A program made the translations under genes and the position numbers. A model generated the notes under the pieces. It was not told the DNA's origin, did no database searches, and saw nothing but the letters and a program-made list of their open reading frames with translations. Below are positions 39,679 to 51,532 of a stretch of 64,000 nt of DNA, piece by piece. Source of the stretch: Actinomycetes bacterium (GTDB taxonomy: Bacteria; Actinomycetota; Actinomycetes; S36-B12); NCBI GenBank assembly GCA_024641635.1, contig JAHECS010000009.1, forward strand, positions 31,450 through 95,449, read 5' to 3'. Within the stretch, counting starts at the first letter, position 1; every line of letters begins with the position of its first letter.

Positions 39679-41030
39679 CCGATCGCCCGCGCGCAGCCGC
39701 GCTCGAGCTGCTTCGGTCGGTCCGCGAGGACGACGCCTACGCCAACCTGGCCCTGCCGCAGATCCTGCACGGGTTCGGGCTCAGCGGCCGCGACGCCGCC
39801 TTCGCCACAGAGCTCGCCTACGGGACCCTGCGGTGCCATGGCTGGTACGACACGGTGCTGGCAGAGTGCCTGAACCGGCCCCTCGAGAAGGTCGAGCCCG
39901 CCCTGCTCGATGTGCTGCGCCTCGGCGCCCATCAGCTGCTTGCGATGCGGGTGCCGGACCATGCCGCGGTCGACTCGTCATGCACGCTCGCCCGCGGTGT
40001 CGGTGCCAAGCCCGGCGCCTCGGCGCGTGCGGGATTCGTCAATGCCGTGCTGCGCAAGGTTGCCGCGCTCGATTCCGATGGCTGGGCCGATCGCGTCCGC
40101 GCTGGCCGTGCCGATGACGACGTCGATTGGCTGGCCGCGCGCTGGTCGCACCCCGCGTGGATCGTGCGGGCATTCCGGGACGCCCTCGGTCCGCGGAGGG
40201 GCGAGCTGCCCGACCTGCTCGTGGCCGACAACGCGGCCGCCCGGCCGTCGCTCGTGGCGCGCCCGGGTCGCATGGACGTCGATGAGCTGGTCGACCTGCC
40301 CGAGGTCGACCCCGGCCGCTGGTCTCCGCTCTCGGGCACCCTGGTCGAGGGGACTCCCGATGCCCTCGCGTGCATCCGCGACGGTCGTGCCGGAGTCCAG
40401 GACGAGGGGAGCCAGCTCGTCGCGCTGGCGCTGGCTCGAGCCGAGGTCGACGGCGATGCCGGACTGTGGCTGGACGCCTGCGCCGGGCCGGGCGGCAAGG
40501 CCGCCCTCCTGGACGGTCTGGCGCGGGAGCGAGGCGGCCATCTCGTGGCCGTGGAGCAGCATCCGCACCGGGTCGACCTGGTGCGCCGTTCGTTCGCGCC
40601 CGCCTCGCCGTCCGTCGTGCTGGCGGGTGACGCTCGCCTGTCCCCGTGGGGCGACCTGCGCTTCGACCGGGTGCTCGTGGATGCCCCCTGCACGGGGCTC
40701 GGAGCCCTCAGGCGCCGGCCCGAGTCACGCTGGCGGCGCACGCCCGCGGACCTCTCCTCGCTCGGCGGACTCCAGCGTGATCTGCTCCGGGCCGGGCTCG
40801 ATGCCGTGCGCCCCGGCGGAGTCGTCGCGTACGCGACCTGCTCCCCGCACCTGGCCGAGACGGACCTGGTCGTCGGGGACGTCCTGCGCGGTCGCGACGA
40901 CGTGGTGCAGGAGGATGCCCGCGCCCTCGTGCCCGAGCTCTCGGACGTCGGGGACGGCCCGGGGGTGCAGATGTGGCCGCACCGGCACGGGACGGACGCC
41001 ATGTACCTGGCCATCCTGCGACGGCAATAG
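39675..41030 (+). CDS. rsmB: 16S rRNA (cytosine-C5) methyltransferase RsmB/Sun
   Basis: 451 aa. It has a NusB-like N-terminus, SAM-binding DACAGPGGK, and the catalytic motifs [15 protein letters not shown] and YATCS. Confidence 0.9.
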   Translation: MTDRPRAAALELLRSVREDDAYANLALPQILHGFGLSGRDAAFATELAYGTLRCHGWYDTVLAECLNRPLEKVEPALLDVLRLGAHQLLAMRVPDHAAVDSSCTLARGVGAKPGASARAGFVNAVLRKVAALDSDGWADRVRAGRADDDVDWLAARWSHPAWIVRAFRDALGPRRGELPDLLVADNAAARPSLVARPGRMDVDELVDLPEVDPGRWSPLSGTLVEGTPDALACIRDGRAGVQDEGSQLVALALARAEVDGDAGLWLDACAGPGGKAALLDGLARERGGHLVAVEQHPHRVDLVRRSFAPASPSVVLAGDARLSPWGDLRFDRVLVDAPCTGLGALRRRPESRWRRTPADLSSLGGLQRDLLRAGLDAVRPGGVVAYATCSPHLAETDLVVGDVLRGRDDVVQEDARALVPELSDVGDGPGVQMWPHRHGTDAMYLAILRRQ

Positions 41031-41040
41031 GCTGCCGATC

Positions 41041-41709
41041 GTGGGCATGCAGATCTCGCCGAGCGTCCTGAACGCCGACCTGTCCAGCCTCGCCGACGAG
41101 GTGCGGCGGGTTCAGGGTGCGGCGGACTGGATCCACCTTGACGTCATGGACAACCACTTCGTGCCCAACCTGACCTTCGGCCTGCCCGTCGTCGCGAGCC
41201 TGCTGAGCCAGATCGACATTCCGGCCGACTGCCATCTCATGATCAATGATCCGGACCACTGGGCGCCGGGGTTCGCCGAGGCGGGGGCCGGCAGCGTCAC
41301 CTTCCACGTCGAGGCTGCGCGCAAGCCCCGCATGGTGGCCAAGGACATCCGCGCTGCCGGTGCTCGCTCCGGAGTGGCGGTCAAGCCAGGGACCCCGATC
41401 TCGCAGGTGAAGGACCTCCTGCCGGTCATCGACATGATCCTCGTGATGACGGTCGAGCCGGGATTCGGCGGGCAGTCGTTCATGGCCGACATGCTGCCCA
41501 AGGTGCGGGAAGCGCGGCGCCTGGCCGATTCGGCAGACGTCGACATCTGGATCCAGGTCGACGGCGGCGTCGGTCCCGACACCATCGAGCAGTGCGCCGC
41601 CGCGGGCGCCGATGTCTTCGTCGCGGGGTCGGCGGTCTACCGGTCGCCCGATCCGGGGCTCGTCGTCGAGCAGTTGCGGGCCAGCGCCGAGAACGCCGCT
41701 CGTCCGTGA
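41041..41709 (+). CDS. rpe: Ribulose-phosphate 3-epimerase
   Basis: Start is GTG 41041 or ATG 41047. It has [12 protein letters not shown] and [10 protein letters not shown]. Confidence 0.94.
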   Translation: MGMQISPSVLNADLSSLADEVRRVQGAADWIHLDVMDNHFVPNLTFGLPVVASLLSQIDIPADCHLMINDPDHWAPGFAEAGAGSVTFHVEAARKPRMVAKDIRAAGARSGVAVKPGTPISQVKDLLPVIDMILVMTVEPGFGGQSFMADMLPKVREARRLADSADVDIWIQVDGGVGPDTIEQCAAAGADVFVAGSAVYRSPDPGLVVEQLRASAENAARP

Positions 41710-42725
41710 CCTCGCCGGGTGCGTGGGTCGAGGCGATGCGCGAGGCCCTCGCCCTTGCCCAGGATCCGGAGGCTCCCTACGGCGAGAATCCCAGGGTCGG
41801 CTGCGTGATCGTCGGACCCGACGGCGTCGTGGGCCGTGGCTTCCATCGTGGAGCCGGCACCCCTCACGCCGAGGTGGTCGCGCTCCAGCAGGCGGGGCGC
41901 CAAGCGAGGGGTGCCACGGCCGTGGTCACGCTCGAGCCGTGCCGCCACACCGGCCGCACCGGACCGTGCACCGAGGCGCTTGCCTCCGCGGGCGTCGCCC
42001 GCGTGGTCGTCGGGCAGCCGGATCCGACGCCCGACGCAGGAGGGGGCGCGGCCGTCCTCCGCGGGATGGGCGTCGAGGTCGTGGAGGGGGTCCTCGCAGA
42101 CGAGGCCGAACGAGTCAACGTCGAGTGGACCTTCGCCGTCACGCACGGACGCCCGTTCGTGACCTGGAAGGCGGCCGTGTCCCTCGACGGGCGGGTGGCA
42201 GGTGCGGACGGCGGCCCGACCCCCATCACCGGGGACGCGGCTCGGTCGGAGGTGCATCGTCTGCGTGCGCGGGTGGGCGCGATCGTGGTCGGGACCGGCA
42301 CGGTGCTCGCGGACGATCCCTCGCTCACGGTTCGGCTGCCCGGACATCGCGTCGTGGCCCCCCCGGTCCGGGTGGTCATGGGCTCGCGAGCGATCCCGGC
42401 CACGTCGCGGGTGCTCGACTCATCGGCGCCCACCATGGTCACCGGGGACCGGCGGCCGGCAGAGGTGCTGACCGCCCTCGCCGATCGGGGAGTCCGGCAT
42501 GTGCTCCTCGAGGGCGGCCCGACCCTCGCGCGGTCCTTCCTCGACGATCACCTCGTCGACAGCGTGGACTGGTTCGTGGCGCCGCTCGTCCTCGGCGATG
42601 GTCCGGTGGCCCTTCCGGCCGTCAGCCCTGGGGGTGCCGGCCCCGTGGGAGTCGATGTGAGCGAGGTGACCATCGTCGGGGAGGATGTGCGGGTGGTCGG
42701 TCGAGTTCGATACGAGGAGAACTAG
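41706..42725 (+). CDS. ribD: Bifunctional riboflavin biosynthesis deaminase/reductase
   Basis: The GTG at 41706 overlaps the rpe stop. It has the deaminase zinc motifs HAEVVAL and [14 protein letters not shown], plus a reductase C-terminal half. Confidence 0.92.
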   Translation: MTSPGAWVEAMREALALAQDPEAPYGENPRVGCVIVGPDGVVGRGFHRGAGTPHAEVVALQQAGRQARGATAVVTLEPCRHTGRTGPCTEALASAGVARVVVGQPDPTPDAGGGAAVLRGMGVEVVEGVLADEAERVNVEWTFAVTHGRPFVTWKAAVSLDGRVAGADGGPTPITGDAARSEVHRLRARVGAIVVGTGTVLADDPSLTVRLPGHRVVAPPVRVVMGSRAIPATSRVLDSSAPTMVTGDRRPAEVLTALADRGVRHVLLEGGPTLARSFLDDHLVDSVDWFVAPLVLGDGPVALPAVSPGGAGPVGVDVSEVTIVGEDVRVVGRVRYEEN

Positions 42726-43322
42726 GTGTTCACGGGCATCGTCGAGGAACTGGGGTCGGTCGTGTCCGTCGACGACCTCGGCGACGCCGCCCGCCTCGCG
42801 ATCCGCGGACCGCTGGTCATGTCGGACGCGCGGCCCGGTGACTCCATCGCCGTGAATGGCGTCTGCCTCACAGTGGTCCAGCTCGGGGACGACACCTTCA
42901 CCGCCGACGTCATGCTGGAGACGCTGCAGCGCAGCTCCCTGGGTGCCCTCACGGTCAGCTCGCCAGTGAACCTGGAGAGGGCCGCGCGCATCGACTCGAG
43001 GCTCGGCGGGCACATCGTCCAGGGGCATGTGGACGGCGTCGCCACGATCCGGGAGATCGACCCCGCCGACAACTGGACCACGATGGTGCTCGACCTGCCC
43101 CCGGCGTTGGCCCGGTATGTGGTCGAGAAGGGGTCCATCACCATGGACGGCGTATCGTTGACGGTCACGGCCGTCGACGACGACTCGTTCGCGGTCTCGC
43201 TCATCCCGGCCACACTCGCGCACACGACGCTCGGCAGCCGCCGGGTCGGGGACCGGGTGAACATCGAGGTCGACGTGATCGCCAAGTACGTGGAGCGCCT
43301 GTTGGAAGGGAGATCGGCATGA
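42726..43322 (+). CDS. ribE: Riboflavin synthase (alpha chain)
   Basis: 198 aa. It has [10 protein letters not shown] and the internal repeat [12 protein letters not shown]. Confidence 0.93.
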   Translation: MFTGIVEELGSVVSVDDLGDAARLAIRGPLVMSDARPGDSIAVNGVCLTVVQLGDDTFTADVMLETLQRSSLGALTVSSPVNLERAARIDSRLGGHIVQGHVDGVATIREIDPADNWTTMVLDLPPALARYVVEKGSITMDGVSLTVTAVDDDSFAVSLIPATLAHTTLGSRRVGDRVNIEVDVIAKYVERLLEGRSA

Positions 43323-44650
43323 TCCCTGCTGACGAGCTCTTCGACGCCGAGAAGACGGACCCTCCGACGATCGCCGCCAAGCCCGCGGGACCGACGACGC
43401 CGACCCCGGCGGTTCCGGGCGCGGTGCGGCTGGATCCCGTCGACGCCGCTCTCGAGGCGATGGTGGCCGGCCGCCCCATCGTCGTGGTCGATGACGAGGA
43501 CCGCGAGAACGAGGGCGACCTGATCTTCGCTGCCGGGGCGGCCACCCCTGAGCTCGTGGGCTTCATGATCCGGCACACCTCCGGCTACATCTGCGTGGCC
43601 ATGACCGGGCCCGATCTCGACCGACTTGGCCTTCCCCCGATGACCGTGGTGAACGAGGACCGGAAGGGCACGGCGTACGCGGTGTCCGTCGACGCACGCG
43701 ACGTCGAGTCGACGGGGATCTCCGCCACGGATCGCGCTCGCACGATCAAGGTCCTGTCCGACTCGGCCACGGAACCCTGGGAGCTCACGCGCCCCGGCCA
43801 CGTCATGCCGCTGCGGGCCGTCCCGGGCGGCGTGCTCGTACGCGCCGGTCACACCGAGGCGTCGGTGGACCTGGCCCGGATGGCCGGCCTCACACCCGCG
43901 GGAGCGCTGTGCGAGCTGGTCAACGACGACGGGACCATGATGCGAGCCCCCCAGTGCCGCGCATTCGCCGACGAGCACGGCCTGGTGATGATCTCGATCG
44001 CCGACCTGATCCGCTTCCGGCGCAGGACCGAGAGCCTCGTGCAACGGGTGGCGAAGACCCGGCTGCCGACCGAGTTCGGTGACTTCACGGCCTACGGCTA
44101 CCGAAGCGACACGGACGAGTCCGAGCACATCGCCCTCGTGGCGGGCGACATCGGCGATGGGCAGGACATCCTCGTCCGCGTGCACTCCGAGTGCCTGACC
44201 GGCGACGTCTTCGGGTCGTTCCGGTGCGACTGCGGCCCCCAGCTCCATGGCGCCCTTCGCCGGGTCGCCGAGGAAGGGCGGGGGGTCGTCCTCTACGTGA
44301 AGGGGCACGAGGGTCGTGGCATCGGCCTGCTGCACAAGCTCCGTGCCTACACGCTCCAGGACGAGGGGCGCGACACCGTCGACGCCAACCTGGAGCTCGG
44401 CCTGCCCGCGGACGCGCGCGACTACGGCACCGGCGCGCAGATCCTCGCCGACCTGGGCGTCCACAGCATGAGACTCCTGACGAACAACCCGGCCAAGCGT
44501 GCGGGCCTCGAGGGCTACGGGCTCACCATCGTCGAGCGGGTGCCGCTGGAGATCCATCCCAACCCGCACAACCGCGTGTACCTGCAGACGAAGGTGGATC
44601 GGATGGGGCACGAGCTGTCCTCCTCCGCGGCGCCGGGGGAGGACTCGTGA
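43319..44650 (+). CDS. ribBA: Bifunctional 3,4-dihydroxy-2-butanone-4-phosphate synthase / GTP cyclohydrolase II
   Basis: 443 aa. It has the DHBPS motif [12 protein letters not shown] and the GCH-II zinc motif [18 protein letters not shown]. Confidence 0.95.
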   Translation: MIPADELFDAEKTDPPTIAAKPAGPTTPTPAVPGAVRLDPVDAALEAMVAGRPIVVVDDEDRENEGDLIFAAGAATPELVGFMIRHTSGYICVAMTGPDLDRLGLPPMTVVNEDRKGTAYAVSVDARDVESTGISATDRARTIKVLSDSATEPWELTRPGHVMPLRAVPGGVLVRAGHTEASVDLARMAGLTPAGALCELVNDDGTMMRAPQCRAFADEHGLVMISIADLIRFRRRTESLVQRVAKTRLPTEFGDFTAYGYRSDTDESEHIALVAGDIGDGQDILVRVHSECLTGDVFGSFRCDCGPQLHGALRRVAEEGRGVVLYVKGHEGRGIGLLHKLRAYTLQDEGRDTVDANLELGLPADARDYGTGAQILADLGVHSMRLLTNNPAKRAGLEGYGLTIVERVPLEIHPNPHNRVYLQTKVDRMGHELSSSAAPGEDS

Positions 44651-45120
44651 GCGGTGCCGGGAGCCCGAAGGTCGACGTGGACGGAACCGGCCTGCGGATC
44701 GCGATCGTCGCCGCCTCGTGGCACGAGCCGGTGATGAACGGCCTCATCGATGGAGCGGCTCGCGCATGCGCGCAGGCCAACGTCGAGGCCGTCCTGTACC
44801 GGGTTCCGGGGTCGTTCGAGCTGCCGGTGGTGGCGCAGGCCTGCGCCGAGTCGTTCGACGCGGTCGTCTGCCTCGGCGTCATCATCCGAGGGGGCACCCC
44901 GCACTTCGAGTTCGTGGCCGGTGCGGCGACGGACGGCCTCACCCGGGTGGCCCTGGACACGCGGACCCCGGTCGGCTTCGGCCTGCTCACCTGCGACACG
45001 GAGGAGCAGGCCCTCGACCGCGCGGGACTGCCGGACTCGCGCGAGGACAAGGGTGCGGAGGCGACGTGGGCGGCCATCATGACGGCGGTCACCCTGCGCG
45101 GTGTCCGGAGCGCGGACTAG
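44647..45120 (+). CDS. ribH: 6,7-dimethyl-8-ribityllumazine synthase
   Basis: The GTG at 44647 overlaps the ribBA stop. It has GSFELP and [11 protein letters not shown]. Confidence 0.94.
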   Translation: MSGAGSPKVDVDGTGLRIAIVAASWHEPVMNGLIDGAARACAQANVEAVLYRVPGSFELPVVAQACAESFDAVVCLGVIIRGGTPHFEFVAGAATDGLTRVALDTRTPVGFGLLTCDTEEQALDRAGLPDSREDKGAEATWAAIMTAVTLRGVRSAD

Positions 45121-45145
45121 TTCTGCCCGCCAATAGGGTGGTCCT

Positions 45146-45409
45146 GTGAAGACCTTCGATGAGCTCTACGGCGAGCTGAACCGCAAGATCACCTACCGCG
45201 ACGAGGAGTCCGGGACCACCCGTCTGGTGGACGCCGGCGTGCATGCCATCGGCAAGAAGATCGTCGAGGAGGCCGCCGAGGTGTGGATGGCGGCGGAGCA
45301 CGAGGGCAACGAGCGCGCCGCCGACGAGATCGCCCAGCTGCTGTACCACATCCAGGTGCTCATGCTGGCCTCCGATGTCAGTCTCGAAGACGTCTACCGC
45401 AGGCTCTGA
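45146..45409 (+). CDS. hisE: Phosphoribosyl-ATP pyrophosphatase
   Basis: 87 aa. It has a MazG-like helix pattern ([17 protein letters not shown]...[15 protein letters not shown]) and lies immediately upstream of hisG. Confidence 0.9.
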   Translation: MKTFDELYGELNRKITYRDEESGTTRLVDAGVHAIGKKIVEEAAEVWMAAEHEGNERAADEIAQLLYHIQVLMLASDVSLEDVYRRL

Positions 45410-45410
45410 C

Positions 45411-46256
45411 GTGCTCCGCGTCGCCGTCCCGAACAAGGGCCAGCTGGCCGAGCCGGCCCGCAGCATGCTCACCGAGGCGGGCTACCTGAGGTCGGCCACC
45501 ACCCGCGACCTGGTCGTCCAGGACCCGGAGAACGACGTCGAGTTCTTCTTCCTGCGCCCGCGGGACATCGCGATCTACGTGGGGGAGGGCACCCTTGATC
45601 TCGGGATCACTGGCCGCGACATGCTGCTCGACTCCGGTGCCCAGGCCGACGAGGTGCTCTCACTGGGCTTCGCGCCGTCAACCTTCCGTCTCGCCGCACC
45701 GGCCGGGTCGGCGACCGCCGTTTCAGATCTCGCCGGCCGGACCATCGCCACGTCCTACGCCGGGGTCCTCGAGGATTTCCTGGCCCGTGAAGGGGTGGAC
45801 GCCCGGGTGGTGAAGCTCGACGGGGCCGTGGAGAACGCGGTGGCCCTCGGCGTGGCCGACGCCGTGGCCGACGTCGTGGCGACCGGCACGACCCTGCGCA
45901 AGGCCGGGCTCGAACTTGTCGGCGATCCGATCCTCGTCTCCGAGGCACTGGTGATCCGTCGCACCGATGCCCCGCAGGAGCCGGCGGTCGAGACCTTCGT
46001 CCGGCGCCTGCACGGAGTCATGGTGGCGCGGTCCTACGTGCTCGTCGACTACGACATCCTCACGGCGAAGGTCGACCAGGCATGCGCCATGACGCCCGGG
46101 ATCGAGTCGCCGACCGTCTCGTCTCTGCACGATCCCGCATGGTCGGCGGTGCGTGCCATGGTGCCCGCGGCCGACGTGCACCGGATCATGGACGAGCTCT
46201 ACGAGCTGGGCGCGCGCGGCATCCTGGTGACCGACATCCACGCCTGCCGTCTGTAG
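45411..46256 (+). CDS. hisG: ATP phosphoribosyltransferase (long form)
   Basis: Starts at GTG 45411 (LRVAVPNKGQLAEPA...). It has DLGITGRDML and a C-terminal regulatory domain. Confidence 0.93.
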   Translation: MLRVAVPNKGQLAEPARSMLTEAGYLRSATTRDLVVQDPENDVEFFFLRPRDIAIYVGEGTLDLGITGRDMLLDSGAQADEVLSLGFAPSTFRLAAPAGSATAVSDLAGRTIATSYAGVLEDFLAREGVDARVVKLDGAVENAVALGVADAVADVVATGTTLRKAGLELVGDPILVSEALVIRRTDAPQEPAVETFVRRLHGVMVARSYVLVDYDILTAKVDQACAMTPGIESPTVSSLHDPAWSAVRAMVPAADVHRIMDELYELGARGILVTDIHACRL

Positions 46257-46261
46257 CCGCG

Positions 46262-48595
46262 CTAGTCGGGCGAGTTCTCCTTCACCCAGGTGACCGCGCG
46301 GAGGATCTCCTCCGCCGTGGCCGGCGCCCTGAGCGGCGGATCCACCCGGTGCCCGCCGACGGCACTCACCGCGTCACGGATCGCGAGCAGGACCGAGAAC
46401 GCAAGGAGCAGGGGCGGCTCGCCCACCGCCTTGCTCCGGTGGATCGTGTCCGCCTCGCTCTCGCTGTCATAGAGCGCGACCCTCAAGTCGGGGGGAGTGT
46501 CGTTCGCGCTGGGGATCTTGTAGGTCGTGGGGGCGAGGGTGAGCAGCCGACCCGTTCCACCGTCCCATCGGAGCTCCTCCATCGTGAGCCACCCCATGCC
46601 CTGGATGAAGGCGCCCTCGACCTGGCCGATGTCGATCGCGGGGTTGAGTGACCGGCCCGCGTCGTACAGCAGGTCCGCCCGCAGCACCCGACTCTCTCCG
46701 GTGAGGACGTCGATGACAACCTCGCTCACGGCCGCGCCGTAGCAGAAGTAGAAGAACGGATGGCCTGTCATCGCGGCCTGGTCCCAGTGCAGTCCCGGCG
46801 TCGCGTAGAACCCGTCCGACCACAGCTGGACGCGCCGAAGGTAGGCGAGCTGCACGACGTCGACGAACGGCACGCTCACGTCACCGATGCCGACCATCCC
46901 GTCCTCGAAGCGGACCGACTCAGGGTCGGCCTCGTACCGCTCAGCGGCCACCTCCGCCAGCCGATCCCGAATCCGGCGGGCGGCCTGCTGGGCCGCCTTC
47001 CCGTTCATGTCGGCACCCGTGGACGCGGCCGTCGCGGACGTGTTGGCCACCTTGTCCGTGGCGGCCGGTGTCGAGCGCACGCGGTCGAGGGGCACGCCGA
47101 GCTCCTGCGCCACGACCTGTCGCACCTTCGTGTTGACCCCTTGCCCCATCTCGGTCGCCGAGTGGTTCACGAGTACGGAGCCGTCCGTGTAGACGTGGAC
47201 GAGGGCACCGGCCTGGTTGAACTGCGTGACGTTGAACGAGATGCCGAACTTGACCGGAGTCAGTGCCAATCCCCGCTTGAGCACGTCGTTCGCCGCATTG
47301 AATCTGGCGACCTCGGCGCGCCTCGAACGGTACGAGCTCGATGCGACGAGGTCGTCGATGACGGGTCGAGCGATGTTGTCGACGACCAGCTGGCCATACG
47401 GGGTTGTCGACCCCGCCCCCGTGGATCCATAGAGGTTCCTCAGCCGGACCTCGAGCGGATCCAGCCCCAGCTCGCGGGCGATGGAGTCGAGCACGACCTC
47501 GGTGACCAGGGCTCCCTGGGGGCCGCCAAAGCCTCGGAACGCGGTGTTGCTCTGGGTGTTCGTGCGGGCGGCGAAGCCGCGGATGCGCACGTTCGGCAGC
47601 CAGTAGGCGTTGTCGACATGGCACATGGCGCGGGTCATCACGGGTCCGGAGAGATCCGCACTGTGGCCCGCCTGGGAGATGAGTGTGACGTCCAGCCCCC
47701 TGATGCGCCCGTCGTCGTCGAACCCGACCTCGTAGTCGTAGGCGAACGCGTGCCTCTTGCCAGTGACGACGTCGTCGCTGGCGCGATCCAGTCTGAGGCG
47801 AGCGGGTCGTCCCGTGCGATCGGCGACGACGGCTGCGATGCAGGCGAACTGGGCCGCCTGGCTCTCCTTGCCTCCGAAACCCCCTCCCATGCGCCGGCAC
47901 TCGACCTGCACCGAGTTCTGCCGTCGGCCCAACGCCGCGGCGACGAGCTTCTGAACCTCGGTCGGGTGCTGGGTCGAGCTGCGCACGAGGAGGCCCTCGT
48001 CCGTGGGCACCGCCGTGGCGGCCTGCGACTCCAGGTAGAAGTGCTCCTGCCCCCCGACGTCGAAGGTCCCCGACAGTCGCCGGGGAGCGGCGGCGATCGC
48101 CATCGCCACGCTCGCGTCCGTGTGCCGTTCCATCGTCATCGGCGGAATGACGTGGTGGCCCGCCTCGTGCGCGGCCCGGTGGTCCAGGACCGGCGGCAGG
48201 ATCTCGATGTCCGTCACCTCGGCGGCTCGTGCGGCCGCTCGTCGCGCCAGCGAGCGATGTGTGGCGACGACGGCCAGCACCGGCTGCCCCAGGAAGGCGA
48301 CCTCGGAGTCCGCGAGGATGTGCTCGTCATGCACGATCGTGCCGCAGTTGTTGGCGCCGGGGATGTCGGCTGCCGTGAGCACGTCGACGACGCCGGGCAT
48401 CGACCGCAGGGGTGCTGTGTCGATTCGCGTGATCCGCCCTCGAGCCACCGGGGACAGGCCCAGGACGATGTGCAGGAGGCCCTCCTCCGCGGGCGCGTCG
48501 TCGATGTACTCGGCCTCGCCGGTGACGTGCAGGTGGGCCGATTCGTCCGGGACGGCACGCCCGACCACCGAGGAGCCCCACGCGGCGGGGCTCAC
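46262..48595 (-). CDS. xdhB: Xanthine dehydrogenase molybdopterin-binding subunit
   Basis: It has AHLHVTGEAEYIDD, MGGGFGGKESQ and TEMGQGVNTK. The proposed GTG at 48595 overlaps the xdhA stop (GTGA). The longer ORF to 48772 overlaps xdhA. Confidence 0.88.
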   Translation of the reverse strand: MSPAAWGSSVVGRAVPDESAHLHVTGEAEYIDDAPAEEGLLHIVLGLSPVARGRITRIDTAPLRSMPGVVDVLTAADIPGANNCGTIVHDEHILADSEVAFLGQPVLAVVATHRSLARRAAARAAEVTDIEILPPVLDHRAAHEAGHHVIPPMTMERHTDASVAMAIAAAPRRLSGTFDVGGQEHFYLESQAATAVPTDEGLLVRSSTQHPTEVQKLVAAALGRRQNSVQVECRRMGGGFGGKESQAAQFACIAAVVADRTGRPARLRLDRASDDVVTGKRHAFAYDYEVGFDDDGRIRGLDVTLISQAGHSADLSGPVMTRAMCHVDNAYWLPNVRIRGFAARTNTQSNTAFRGFGGPQGALVTEVVLDSIARELGLDPLEVRLRNLYGSTGAGSTTPYGQLVVDNIARPVIDDLVASSSYRSRRAEVARFNAANDVLKRGLALTPVKFGISFNVTQFNQAGALVHVYTDGSVLVNHSATEMGQGVNTKVRQVVAQELGVPLDRVRSTPAATDKVANTSATAASTGADMNGKAAQQAARRIRDRLAEVAAERYEADPESVRFEDGMVGIGDVSVPFVDVVQLAYLRRVQLWSDGFYATPGLHWDQAAMTGHPFFYFCYGAAVSEVVIDVLTGESRVLRADLLYDAGRSLNPAIDIGQVEGAFIQGMGWLTMEELRWDGGTGRLLTLAPTTYKIPSANDTPPDLRVALYDSESEADTIHRSKAVGEPPLLLAFSVLLAIRDAVSAVGGHRVDPPLRAPATAEEILRAVTWVKENSPD

Positions 48596-50067
48596 GGCCG
48601 GGTCCACACGTCTGACTCGGCTGCCACCAGGCCGCTCGTCTGCCGGTACAGCCTCTCCAGGAGCCCCCGGGCAACCTGCATCCGGTACTCGGCGGTTGCG
48701 CGATGGTCGGTGATGGGGCTGAAGTCCGCGACGAGAGCCTCCTGCGCGGCGCGCATGGCGGAGTCGTTCCACTGCCGGCCGACCAGCGCCGCCTCCGCCT
48801 GCTCGGCCCGATGCACCACGGGTGCGAGCCCTCCGAAGGCGAGGCGAACGTCGACGACGCGGTCGTCGACGACGGCGAGCGCACAGGCCGCGCTCACCGC
48901 GGAGATGTCACTGTCGAACCGCCGGCTGACCTTGTAGGCCCGCAGGTCCCGGCTGAAGGCCGAGAGCGGGATCTCGATCCTGGCCACCACCTCGCCCGGG
49001 CGCAGGTCGTTGGCCTGGTAGCCGAGGTAGAACTGGTCGAGGGGAACCCTGCGGGTGCCTTCAGGCCCGACCACGACGAGCTCGGCATCGAGCGCGAGCA
49101 GCACGGGAGCGGAGTCGCCGATGGGTGAACCGTTGACGACGTTCCCGCCCATGGTCGCTGTGTGCCGGATGGACGGCGAAGCGAACCTCAGCCACATCTG
49201 CTCGAGCGCGGGTGCGTGCGCGACCAGGGCCGCCCACGCGTCCTCCAGTGGCGCCGCCGCCCCGATGACGAGATGAGTCTGGGTCCTGTCGATGACGCGG
49301 AGCTCGTCGACCCTGGCGGTCCATATCAGCTCGGGCAGATCGGCGAGGCTCTCGTTGACGTGGAGGCCGACGTCGCTCATGCCCGCGACGACGCGCGCGA
49401 ACGGGTGTGCCACGACTGTCTCGACGAGCTCCTCGATGGTTGACGGTGCCCAGAACGCCGTTCCTGAGGCCAGGTACGCGAAGCCCCCGGAGCTGTCCGT
49501 CGCTGCCAGCGCGTCCAGCGCGGGTCCCGGTTCGAAGACCGCGCCTTCCATGCCCTGCATGCGCTCGGCGGCGTCGAGAATGGAGCGGTAGCCCGTGCAG
49601 CGGCAGAGGTTCCCGGCCAGCCCGTCGGCAAGCTGCTGGCGGGTGTGTGGCCGACCGACGGACTTCTGCTCCTGCCACAGGTTCCACAGCGACATGACGA
49701 TCCCGGGGGTGCAGTAGCCGCATTGCGAGCCCTGGCCCTCGGCCATGCTGGCCTGCGCTGGGTGCAGCGAGCCGCCATTCATCCTGGCCAGATCCTCGAC
49801 CGTGATGAGTGCGCGGCCGTGGAGCATCGGCAGGTAGGTGAGGCAGGAGTTCACGGTGACGAGGTTCAGCTGGGTGCCCGTCTCGGTGGTCCTCGGCTCG
49901 CCGAGGACGACGGTGCAGGCGCCGCAGTCGCCGACGTTGCACCCCTCCTTGGTGCCGGGGCGCCGCGCGTGGTCGCGCAGCCAGCTGAGGACCGTCGTCG
50001 TGGAAGGGAGGTCGTGCACCTCGACGACCCTGTCGTCGTGCCAGAAGCGGATCGGTCCGGTCCTCAT
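48592..50067 (-). CDS. xdhA: Xanthine dehydrogenase small subunit (2x[2Fe-2S] plus FAD domain)
   Basis: 491 aa. It has EGCNVGDCGACTV and CRCTGY, plus a CO-dehydrogenase-flavoprotein-like FAD domain. Its ATG overlaps the guanine deaminase stop (ATGA). Confidence 0.88.
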   Translation of the reverse strand: MRTGPIRFWHDDRVVEVHDLPSTTTVLSWLRDHARRPGTKEGCNVGDCGACTVVLGEPRTTETGTQLNLVTVNSCLTYLPMLHGRALITVEDLARMNGGSLHPAQASMAEGQGSQCGYCTPGIVMSLWNLWQEQKSVGRPHTRQQLADGLAGNLCRCTGYRSILDAAERMQGMEGAVFEPGPALDALAATDSSGGFAYLASGTAFWAPSTIEELVETVVAHPFARVVAGMSDVGLHVNESLADLPELIWTARVDELRVIDRTQTHLVIGAAAPLEDAWAALVAHAPALEQMWLRFASPSIRHTATMGGNVVNGSPIGDSAPVLLALDAELVVVGPEGTRRVPLDQFYLGYQANDLRPGEVVARIEIPLSAFSRDLRAYKVSRRFDSDISAVSAACALAVVDDRVVDVRLAFGGLAPVVHRAEQAEAALVGRQWNDSAMRAAQEALVADFSPITDHRATAEYRMQVARGLLERLYRQTSGLVAAESDVWTRP

Positions 50068-51467
50068 CGCGTTCCGGACGATCTGCTCGACTCCAGCTGC
50101 CGACCTCGGACGTAGGCCCGGGTCAATGACGGCTCGCGGGCGGCCATGAGGAGGGTGAAGAGAAGGGCGGCGTCCTGGTCCTCGCCGAGGTGGTCCCGGG
50201 CGACAAGGGCATCGAGCACGGGGTCGCGAGATGGGTCGATGACGACCATGTCAGCCTCCTTCCCCGAGTCGAAGTTACCGATCCTGTCCTCAAGGTCAAG
50301 GGCTCGCGCTCCGGCGAGCGTGGCGGTGAACAGCAGTTCGGCGGGATGGATGGTGGCCCCGCCGGGCGCGTTCTGGTGCGTCTTGAACATGGCGTTCACG
50401 ACGCGAGGGATGAACCACTCGTCGCCGGCGGCGATGTCACTTCCGACCGCCACGGTGACGCCCGAGGAGACCGTGCGCCGCCACGGCATCGTGCCCGAGC
50501 CGAGGAACTGCTGAGACACCGGGCAGTGGGCGATCGACGCGCCCGCCTCGGCCAGCCGGGCGAGCTCACCGTCGTTGCAGTGCACGGCGTGGGCCAGGAT
50601 GCTGCGGCGCCCGATCAGCGAACTGCCTCGGCGCGCAGAACCGGGCATGAAGCGCCCGTCGTAGACATCGAGGTACCGATCGACGCCGAATGTCCGACGC
50701 ACGGTCGCGACCTCGCCGTCCTCACCGGCGTCGTTCTCGCTCAGGTGGCTCGTGAAGTAGACGCCCTTCCCGCGGACGTCGTCGTAGAGGTCGCCGAGTG
50801 CTGCCAACGTGATCGGCGTGACGCTCAGGGCGAACCGGGGGATGACGGCGACCAGCTGAAGGGCGTCCCGGAGGCCGTCCTCCGTCCTCGGGTGGAACGC
50901 ATCGATCTCGTCGCGGATCATCGCGACGGCGTCGCTCTCGGATGTCAGGAGTGGGCCGGCCGCCGGCGGGCCGGTCGTCATCGTGGTTCGGCCGAGGATC
51001 ATGCGCAGGCCGCGGCGAGCCGCCTCGTCGAACAGGGCCGACTGCGCATGCGGGAACTGGGAGCCGAAGACCATCGACGTCGTCGTTCCCGCCTCGACAA
51101 GGCGGTCGCAGAAGAAGGACGCGGCTGCGGTCGCGAGGTGCGGGTCGCTGAGGCGCGCCTCGGCCGGGAAGACGACGTTCTCCAGCCACGGGAGCAGCCC
51201 ACCGCCGCCGAAGGCGTCCGTGCACGAGGCCTGGGGGAAGTGCAGGTGGCAGTCGATGAAGCCGGGGAGGATGAATGCTCCCTCATGGTCCACGACGTGG
51301 GCGGTGCGTGCCGCGGGTGGCCGCTCGGCCCAATCGCCGCACCACTGGATGCGGCCGTCCTCGATCAGGAGAGCGCCGTCGGGTATGTGTCGAAGGCAGG
51401 CTCGGGACTCCGCGATCGACGGGGAGCCCTCGACGTGAAACACGTGGCCACGGTGCACCTGCGCCAT
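50064..51467 (-). CDS. guaD: Guanine deaminase
   Basis: Starts at ATG 51467 (MAQVHRGHVFHVEG...). It has PGFIDCHLHFPQ and TSHLSEN. The rest of ORF 50064..52544 is an Arg/Pro-rich alternate frame of the MFS gene. Confidence 0.88.
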   Translation of the reverse strand: MAQVHRGHVFHVEGSPSIAESRACLRHIPDGALLIEDGRIQWCGDWAERPPAARTAHVVDHEGAFILPGFIDCHLHFPQASCTDAFGGGGLLPWLENVVFPAEARLSDPHLATAAASFFCDRLVEAGTTTSMVFGSQFPHAQSALFDEAARRGLRMILGRTTMTTGPPAAGPLLTSESDAVAMIRDEIDAFHPRTEDGLRDALQLVAVIPRFALSVTPITLAALGDLYDDVRGKGVYFTSHLSENDAGEDGEVATVRRTFGVDRYLDVYDGRFMPGSARRGSSLIGRRSILAHAVHCNDGELARLAEAGASIAHCPVSQQFLGSGTMPWRRTVSSGVTVAVGSDIAAGDEWFIPRVVNAMFKTHQNAPGGATIHPAELLFTATLAGARALDLEDRIGNFDSGKEADMVVIDPSRDPVLDALVARDHLGEDQDAALLFTLLMAAREPSLTRAYVRGRQLESSRSSGTR

Positions 51468-51532
51468 GAGCCGACAGTACGACAGCGACGTGGCGCGGGA
51501 GTGATGGTCGCGGAAGCCGGCGGACTCGGGGT

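Noticed and set aside
41590-41710. An FMN riboswitch before ribD, a SAM riboswitch before metK (34739..34783), and a T-box or leader before pheS.
   Set aside because: The ribD and pheS starts overlap the preceding genes, and the metK upstream gap is only 45 nt. That is too little space for these structured leaders, and no conserved cores were seen.
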